DNA of 56,219 bases from IMG/VR virus record IMGVR_UViG_3300045988_063094, positions 1 to 56,219 of that record. The stretch is one strand, 5' to 3'. The translations under genes were made by a program, and so were the position numbers. Under the pieces are notes generated by a model, which made no database searches, had not been told where the DNA came from, and saw only the letters and a list, made by a program, of their open reading frames with translations. This DNA is from a virus. This document shows positions 50,712 to 56,219 of the stretch, piece by piece (the stretch's first letter is position 1; each line of letters starts with the position of its first letter).

Positions 50712-51280
50712 AATCAACCAGCAAAAAATCCTCTGGCTTGCTTGGCGGGTTTGATTTTCAGCCTATTTTTTCGGAACAAACATTAAGCCGAAGTGAGCCA
50801 AAGGAAGAAGAAGTAAGCCAAACAAAGCCAAATAACGCCGAACGAGAGCCAATTAAGCCCAGTGAAGCCGTAAACAGCCATGCACAGCCAAGTGATGCTG
50901 AATTAAGCAATATTAAGCCAAAGCAAGCCAAAGACAGCGAAAGACAGCCAAATGATGCTGTATTAGGCAGAGGTAAGCCGAAGAAGCTGAAACAGGCAAA
51001 GGAAACGAAACGGCTGATTGAACAGGGCAATATTCCCGGCGCACTAGCCGAAGCTGGCTTGACAAAGAAAAAAATCCCGATGCCGGAATCGCATCAGGGT
51101 GTTGCAAGCGGTGACGGCAAGCGGTCTAAGCGCATTACCATCCTTATGAGCGAGGAGGAACGCAAGTACATCAACCGTGAAGCCAGACGGCACGGAATGA
51201 CCATCGGGCAGTTTGTGTACGCTCTGGCTGCTGCGGCGGCAGATGGGAAGATTGAACTGGAAGATTTCTTGGAGGAATAA
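50708..51280 (+). CDS. protein with a C-terminal ribbon-helix-helix (ParG-like centromere-binding candidate); the N-terminal part is encoded by the decamer array
   Basis: ATGA overlap and a GGAGGA RBS. C-terminus KRITILMSEEERKYINREARRHGMTIGQFV. An alternative short form could start at the ATG of MPESHQG (about 51082). Confidence 0.55.
   Translation: MKSTSKKSSGLLGGFDFQPIFSEQTLSRSEPKEEEVSQTKPNNAEREPIKPSEAVNSHAQPSDAELSNIKPKQAKDSERQPNDAVLGRGKPKKLKQAKETKRLIEQGNIPGALAEAGLTKKKIPMPESHQGVASGDGKRSKRITILMSEEERKYINREARRHGMTIGQFVYALAAAAADGKIELEDFLEE
50781..51000 (+). repeat. about 22 tandem 10-bp units, consensus AAnnAAGCCA
   Basis: Written in 10-nt blocks from 50781, the units align in register. 13 of 22 carry AGCC at the same position. 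One 11/9 compensation occurs near 50841-50860. Confidence 0.85.
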
Positions 51281-51405
51281 AGGGCAAGATTTAAGTGTAA
51301 AAGAAAAATGGAAAGAAAATGGATTAACACATTGACATTTGGCTACACAACTGATCCGAAGAACATTTGCAAGCTCGGTATCGTAGATTGAGAGGAAATC
51401 TGAAG

Positions 51406-51711
51406 ATGAATAACACTCGTAGAAAAGCCATTAAGCAGACCATTGACCGTTTTGATTCCATCCGTGAAAAGCTGGAAGAGCTTGTGGCAGAGGTCGAAAG
51501 TGTAAAATCCGATGTTAAGGACATCCAGTGGGAAGAAGAAGAGTATCGTGACAATATGCCTGAGAACCTACAAGGCAGTGAGCGGTATGACAAAGCGGAT
51601 GATGCTTGCACGAATCTGTCTGATGCTGTGGATGCTCTGGACGATATGATTGGTGCTCTGGACTTTGATTTTGGTGATGTAACTACTTCTCTGGAAAAGG
51701 CGATGGAGTGA
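51406..51711 (+). CDS. hypothetical acidic coiled-coil protein
   Basis: ATG at 51406 (MNNTRRKAIK). Confidence 0.55.
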   Translation: MNNTRRKAIKQTIDRFDSIREKLEELVAEVESVKSDVKDIQWEEEEYRDNMPENLQGSERYDKADDACTNLSDAVDALDDMIGALDFDFGDVTTSLEKAME

Positions 51712-51783
51712 TTGCGGTTGCGAACCCGTTGAGAAGAAGTGCGTGGACTGTATTTCTATATAGAGAATGAGGGTGAAGAGATT

Positions 51784-51996
51784 ATGCGCACATACAAGCC
51801 ACACAAGCACAGAAGCAAAGAGGAACAAGCTCCTTCTGTAGATACCGTTGCGGTCATTCGGTGTAAGAACTGTGATTTATGGAACACATGGGACAAACAA
51901 GGAGAACTGTGTAGTTGTGCTCACTTCACGTTAGATGATTCCAGCCCTGCGTATACAAAACCTGATGATTTCTGTAGTTATGCAGAGCAACGATAA
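51784..51996 (+). CDS. Cys-rich small protein
   Basis: ATG at 51784. CKNC..W ... CSC ... FCSY. Confidence 0.5.
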   Translation: MRTYKPHKHRSKEEQAPSVDTVAVIRCKNCDLWNTWDKQGELCSCAHFTLDDSSPAYTKPDDFCSYAEQR

Positions 51997-52014
51997 AAGC
52001 TGAGTTCTAGGAGG
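51991..52014 (+). repeat. gene-junction motif CGATAAAAGCTGAGTTCTAGGAGG (copy 1)
   Basis: Spans the stop codon TAA and the next RBS. Related copies lie at 52631 and 52857. Confidence 0.7.
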
Positions 52015-52022
52015 ATTGACGT

Positions 52023-52580
52023 ATGATTGTTTATAGACCACATCGTGGTTCTTTGGAAGATGCCATGAAAGAAGTAAAAACATTTGACAACTGGTATCAG
52101 ATGACACATTATATTGCAAATAATTGGAATTTGGCGGTTGGCAAGAAAGTGATAGACCCTGATGATATTGTTATGGACGATAAACCGGTCAATGATGACC
52201 GTGTTGGTTGGAAAGACGTTCACATGGTTTTGGCAACTCGTATTGGGAATGACAACTTTATGGAAAAATACGGAAACTCGCAGTGCATCGGGTATTGCAC
52301 TTACGATGTCTCAAGTGTCAAAAAATACTTAACACCGAAAGAAGTAGGGAGCGAAAACTTTTATTGGGTCAAAATCCAGTACGATGATGACAAAAAATGC
52401 AGACACTTTCAAGCTCCGTTCGTCTTGTTTGCAAACAGCAAGGAAGAAGCAAAAGCAAGAATCGAGCGAGAGGTCCCCGGCAAGTTTTCCATTATCAGTG
52501 TGGTAGAACTCGACAAGAGCCTTGTAATTACCCCGCAAGATTTGTTTGACATGAGGTCAAAATCAACGCTTTGGGAATAA
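52023..52580 (+). CDS. hypothetical protein
   Basis: 185-aa ATG ORF with a GGAGGA RBS. Confidence 0.6.
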   Translation: MIVYRPHRGSLEDAMKEVKTFDNWYQMTHYIANNWNLAVGKKVIDPDDIVMDDKPVNDDRVGWKDVHMVLATRIGNDNFMEKYGNSQCIGYCTYDVSSVKKYLTPKEVGSENFYWVKIQYDDDKKCRHFQAPFVLFANSKEEAKARIEREVPGKFSIISVVELDKSLVITPQDLFDMRSKSTLWE

Positions 52581-52630
52581 AAGAAATCCTGTGTAAATTT
52601 GAAACGCTGTATATTAAAGAATTACTCAGC

Positions 52631-52654
52631 CGATAAAAGCTAAGATTTAGGAGG
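52631..52654 (+). repeat. gene-junction motif CGATAAAAGCTAAGATTTAGGAGG (copy 2)
   Basis: Intergenic, 50 nt after the 52580 stop and directly before the 52662 start. Confidence 0.7.
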
Positions 52655-52661
52655 GTTCGTA

Positions 52662-52862
52662 ATGAAAAAAGCGAATGGTAGATATATGCAAACAGAATGC
52701 GACCGTTGCGGGTTCGCTGTTCATATAGACGACACAAATAGAGTTCTGCTTCATGGATGGGGCTGGAGGAAAGATACAGGCGACCTTTGTCCAGATTGCT
52801 ATGCAGAGTACAAGAAGATGGTGCTTGAATTCAATGCGGCAAAACGTCGCGTCATCCGATAA
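52662..52862 (+). CDS. zinc-ribbon protein (paralog of 35662..35865)
   Basis: CDRCG ... WRKDTGDLCPDCYAEYK. Confidence 0.6.
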   Translation: MKKANGRYMQTECDRCGFAVHIDDTNRVLLHGWGWRKDTGDLCPDCYAEYKKMVLEFNAAKRRVIR

Positions 52863-52875
52863 AAGCTGAGATTTA
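52857..52875 (+). repeat. gene-junction motif CGATAAAAGCTGAGATTTA (copy 3, without RBS)
   Basis: Spans the stop codon of 52662..52862. Confidence 0.65.
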
Positions 52876-52890
52876 ACGTATAGAAAAATC

Positions 52891-52922
52891 CCCCTGTGTA
52901 GTTTTTAACGACTACACAGGGG
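52891..52922. terminator. bidirectional terminator between convergent operons
   Basis: CCCCTGTGTAGT ttttaacg ACTACACAGGGG, a 12-bp perfect stem. Confidence 0.7.
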
Positions 52923-52929
52923 TTCTGTT

Positions 52930-53568
52930 TTACTTATCAGCAATGCAATCCCAGTAGAGATACGCCTTGCCGTCCACAGCATCAGTGTCATCAAGGAACG
53001 CCTTTGCCATGTCAGCGTAGAAGCCCGGAGTGTCAACGGACTGGCGCTTTGCGACCTGACAATAATCCGAGTACATCATGTTCATAACAGCCCAGAAATC
53101 GTTCGGGTCGCAGGTGATATTGCGCTGTTTGGCAACGTCCTGTGTCTGTTCCAGCGTCCAGTGACAGCCCTTCGTGCCGTCAGCATTTACCATGCTGTCA
53201 CACCATTCCTCCGCTTCATCGTGGGTGAGGTGCTGGCGTGGCATCTTGATCGAGCGGCTGTCCGCGCCGCCACGCTCATACTGCCCAGAGTGCTTGTCCC
53301 AGTCACCGTTCCGCGAGAAGCCAATTTGCGGCATCTTGCGCCCGTATTCTACGTCAGGGTAGCGGGGGATAGGGTAGGGGTCGATGTAGCGGTTTTCCTC
53401 CTGCGGATAGTAAGGATAACGGTCGTTGCCGTCCTCCAACTTACGCAGACGGCGTTCCAGATCACGCTCCCTGCGGTCACGCTCTTCCTCAAGGCGGTCA
53501 CGTTCCGGCTCACGGTCTTTGTCGTGGTCACGGAGCATCATCATGCGGCGAAAATTAGTCTTGCCCAT
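52930..53568 (-). CDS. hypothetical protein with a charged Arg/Asp/Glu repeat N-terminus
   Basis: 212 aa. DREPERDRLEEERDRRERDLERRLRKLE, then a Cys/Trp-containing C-terminal domain. Confidence 0.6.
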   Translation of the reverse strand: MGKTNFRRMMMLRDHDKDREPERDRLEEERDRRERDLERRLRKLEDGNDRYPYYPQEENRYIDPYPIPRYPDVEYGRKMPQIGFSRNGDWDKHSGQYERGGADSRSIKMPRQHLTHDEAEEWCDSMVNADGTKGCHWTLEQTQDVAKQRNITCDPNDFWAVMNMMYSDYCQVAKRQSVDTPGFYADMAKAFLDDTDAVDGKAYLYWDCIADK

Positions 53569-53581
53569 AATTTACACCTCC

Positions 53582-53953
53582 TCAAGAAATGGATGCAGGC
53601 GCACCTGCGTGAGAGCGGCAGAAACAGCCCAGATATTTGAACGTGCCTGTGCCGGTAGCGGACGTTGCCACGCGGGTGGCGTAGCGGGTGCGGGTGTGGA
53701 TGCTCTCGGCGGTTGCCTGAGCGCAGTTGCAGTCGGTCAGAGGGTATGCGGTCGTACCTGCGCCGATCGTAATGACCACAGGGGCGTTGATGGTGGTCGT
53801 GTCCGGCAAAGCCTGAGCAATGACCAGACAATATTTTTCTCCCGCTGCGTAAGAGCCAGCAGGAATATTGATGGTCAGCGTGTCATTGGCGAACGTGACT
53901 GCGTTCGAGATGACGAGGTGCGGGCACAGCCGGCAGCTTGTTTTGCAAGCCAT
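53582..53953 (-). CDS. small Cys-patterned beta-rich protein
   Basis: 123 aa. MACKTSCRLCP N-terminus, later CNC and GCFC. Confidence 0.6.
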   Translation of the reverse strand: MACKTSCRLCPHLVISNAVTFANDTLTINIPAGSYAAGEKYCLVIAQALPDTTTINAPVVITIGAGTTAYPLTDCNCAQATAESIHTRTRYATRVATSATGTGTFKYLGCFCRSHAGAPASIS

Positions 53954-54042
53954 AATGTTTTCCTCCTATAAAAATCAGGGGCAGAGGTGTCTCACCCCCG
54001 CCCCGATGGTTCACCCGGTTTTATCGGGGAGTTAAACTGTCC

Positions 54043-54921
54043 TTAGTAGCACGCGTTCCCGCAGCAGTTGGTGGTTGCGTTGGGATTAGGTACAACATAG
54101 GCGGGCTGTGCGCGAGGATTGACCCGGTTCAGGATGGTATCGGTCTGCTGGGACATCACGGTGGTCAGAAGCGCATTCTGACGATCCTGAGAAGCGGCGA
54201 ACTTCAAGCTCTGGTTCTCAGCGGTCAGAGTGGCGATCTTGTCCTGCGTGAAGTAGTCCATCATGCTGCGGAAGTTGGCGTTGCAGTTGTCCACGATGGC
54301 GCGGGCGTTGTCTGCGATAGCCTGCCGGGTGGCACAGTCTTCCGTTGCGATGGTGTACTTCAGGTCGCCGATCAGCTGCTTGTTCTCGCAGCAGCAAGAT
54401 GCCAGCTGCGTGGCAAGTGCGGTCTGACCGGCCTGCCGAGCGTTGCCCTCCTGCATGATGGCAAGGTTGATAGCGTTGTCGCCGTTGGACACGCTGCGTT
54501 CCAGGCCGTTCACGAGCTGTGCGTTCTGGTAGCCGAGCTGACAGATGGCGCTGTTCACGCCAGCAAATCCATTTGCAATGTTGGCGTTGAGGCCATTGAT
54601 CTGCGCCAGCTGGTCATAGCCCAGAGAGCAGATACCGCTCTGGATGCCCGCCAGAGAACGAGAGGTGTCCTGCTGGTAGAAGCCCTCCGACAAAGCCGCA
54701 CGAGTATCTGCGCCGCCCTGACCGGTCGCACCGGTGCCCACCAGATAGGGGATGTAGCTGTTCATGCCGTTGTCACCACCGTTCCGACCGTAGCCGTTTG
54801 TGCCCCAGCCGAAGATGATGGCAAGGATGATAACCGCCCACAGACCTTCGTTGCCGAAAAATCCGCCGTTGTTATTACCGCCGTCCTGCCCAGCCAGATA
54901 GCCAGTTGCAAAATCGTCCAT
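54043..54921 (-). CDS. Gly/Asn-rich single-TM protein with conserved Cys clusters
   Basis: 292 aa. GGNNNGGFFGNEGLWAVIILAIIFGWG, central CCC, C-terminal CCGNACY. Confidence 0.6.
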   Translation of the reverse strand: MDDFATGYLAGQDGGNNNGGFFGNEGLWAVIILAIIFGWGTNGYGRNGGDNGMNSYIPYLVGTGATGQGGADTRAALSEGFYQQDTSRSLAGIQSGICSLGYDQLAQINGLNANIANGFAGVNSAICQLGYQNAQLVNGLERSVSNGDNAINLAIMQEGNARQAGQTALATQLASCCCENKQLIGDLKYTIATEDCATRQAIADNARAIVDNCNANFRSMMDYFTQDKIATLTAENQSLKFAASQDRQNALLTTVMSQQTDTILNRVNPRAQPAYVVPNPNATTNCCGNACY

Positions 54922-55043
54922 AACAAAACTCCTTTCAGTTTTGCGTTATGCTATCCCACCGCCGTGTGCGATGGGCGAAGCCAGATAAAAGCGGTTTTTA
55001 TCAAGTCCGCAAAACTGAGAAGCGTTTCGCTTAGAGGGATGCT

Positions 55044-55295
55044 TTACCGGGGCAGCGTCAGGTTCAGGACGCTTGCCAGTTGGTTCAGGTCGATGCCACG
55101 CTCTTTGGCGAGGTTCTGCGCCATCGTTCGGAGTTGCGCTTCGCTTTTGCCCTGAATCAGGTTCAAGCCCTGCATGATAGGAGCATTCTGCCCGCTCAAC
55201 TGCTGGATAAGCCCCATCGGGTTTTGCCCAGCGCGAGCCAGATTTGCAAGCTGCATGATAGGGCTGTGAGTAATCATGTCAAACGGAGAGGGCAT
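55044..55295 (-). CDS. hypothetical Gln/Leu-rich small protein
   Basis: 83-aa ORF in the same operon. Confidence 0.55.
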   Translation of the reverse strand: MPSPFDMITHSPIMQLANLARAGQNPMGLIQQLSGQNAPIMQGLNLIQGKSEAQLRTMAQNLAKERGIDLNQLASVLNLTLPR

Positions 55296-55297
55296 TG

Positions 55298-55816
55298 TTA
55301 TTCTCCTTTCTTCGCTGTGGCAGCGGGCTTAGAAAAGCTCTTCTGCCACTTTTCCAGCTCATCCAGACGGTGGACGAGGGCGTTATACTCTTCAATAGGC
55401 ACATACTGCTGTGTCGGTGCAGCGGTCTGCTGTGCCTGTTGTGCTTGCATCTGCCTCCACGCTTCCGGGCTGTAAAACTCCTGCACATAGGATTCACAGG
55501 TGTCCGGGTTCAGCCGCTTGCAGTAGATCACGCCGCTCCGCAGGTCGGGGCAGTAAGTAGGTCTGCCGTACAGGTCAGACGGTATTGCCAAAAACTCCTC
55601 CCTGCTGGAAACAGGTCTACCCAGCAGCCAACCGCCATCCTGTGCCGACTGCTGAATAGGCTGCTGCCCATTCATCGGCTGCGGACGCTGCTGCTGTGCT
55701 TGCTGCATCTGCGTGTTCGGCAGGGGAGTGGAAAGCCCAACTGTGCCCATGCCGCCGTAAGGATTGACAGGTTGCTGCGGAACATAGGGCGCTCCAGGTG
55801 TCGGATAATAGCTCAT
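55298..55816 (-). CDS. Pro/Gln-rich protein
   Basis: Start MSYYPTPG with an AAGGAGGG RBS. Two Q-rich tracts flank a short globular segment. Confidence 0.6.
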   Translation of the reverse strand: MSYYPTPGAPYVPQQPVNPYGGMGTVGLSTPLPNTQMQQAQQQRPQPMNGQQPIQQSAQDGGWLLGRPVSSREEFLAIPSDLYGRPTYCPDLRSGVIYCKRLNPDTCESYVQEFYSPEAWRQMQAQQAQQTAAPTQQYVPIEEYNALVHRLDELEKWQKSFSKPAATAKKGE

Positions 55817-55897
55817 AAAACATCCCTCCTTGTGCATCTAGTGTACTGCATCGGCAAAAAGCGAAGGACAACGAAGGTACAACGAAAGACAAAAAAT

Positions 55898-55951
55898 CTT
55901 GGTTAAACCTTGCTTAAACTTGATTAGAGCTTGATTAGATCTTGATTACTG
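55898..55951 (+). repeat. five tandem 10-11-bp units CTTG(N)TTA...
   Basis: CTTGGTTAAAC, CTTGCTTAAA, CTTGATTAGAG, CTTGATTAGAT, CTTGATTACTG. Confidence 0.8.
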
Positions 55952-56126
55952 TGAGCAAAAAAAAGAAAAGCGCCCACACGGAAAAAACCGCATGAGCGCT
56001 TAACTGTTAAGGGCTTCACTTTAGAAGCAAGAATAAAATATCACGTTTTCGTTTGCACAGCAAGACTTTCGACAAAACCAGTGCAAATAGCACAAAAAGT
56101 TTATTGTTTTGTTCCGCTCTAGGATT

Positions 56127-56152
56127 GATTTTCAAAAATATTTTTGCAAATC
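56127..56152. repeat. 26-bp near-perfect palindrome next to the moron promoter
   Basis: GATTTTCAAAAATATTTTTGCAAATC has one mismatched pair and ends 24 bp before the -35 (56176 = position 24). Confidence 0.7.
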
Positions 56153-56219
56153 AGAATCTTTTTTGCGCTTTTCTATTGCAAAAATGATTCTTTTGTGCTA
56201 TAATTAAATCGCGGTAAGG
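56153..56219. repeat. second copy of the 67-bp terminal repeat
   Basis: Identical to 1..67. Confidence 0.95.

Noticed and set aside
50758-51030. 90-aa minus-strand ORF across the decamer array
   Set aside because: It is antisense to the RBS-supported plus-strand ORF. Its product (repeated LA/FG/SL strings) simply mirrors the 10-bp repeat.

Overview
The window is a complete genome that closes on itself: bases 1-67 are identical to 56153-56219, so the unique length is about 56,152 bp. It looks like a temperate siphovirus-like phage. The gene families suggest a Firmicutes/Clostridia host, but that is inference. Most genes are on the minus strand, in this order: lysis cassette (1000-2405), tail fibres and tail (2408-12902, with a 1456-aa tape measure and a gpG/gpGT-type -1 frameshift), head-tail joining (12918-14566), capsid, decoration and scaffold (14587-16632), portal (16954-18456), a tRNA-Met plus a tRNA-like element, and the large terminase (19392-21056). 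A long translationally coupled early operon follows (45950 down to 30780) with a Cro-like regulator, Rha antirepressor, HNH nuclease, ERF, SSB, PD-(D/E)XK nuclease, C5 methyltransferase, RecU, many small Zn-ribbon proteins, a replication organizer and DnaB. I found no integrase. Instead there is a plasmid-type module (iterons, Rep_3-like initiator, ParA, RHH protein) and a small resolvase-type serine recombinase, so a phage-plasmid lifestyle is likely. The items most worth a second look are: about 22 tandem 10-bp units inside the ORF after parA; a 1.75-kb non-coding region with 13 co-oriented ATAGTCG repeats and a G-run tract; two T-depleted GC-rich islands; a circularly permuted C5 methyltransferase; three small genes broken at homopolymers; a DUF2829/Tad2-like gene in the head module; a strongly acidic stand-alone gene; and a terminator-bounded five-gene operon of low-complexity, Cys-patterned proteins. 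All functional calls rest on recalled family hallmarks and manual motif reading. No database search was run.
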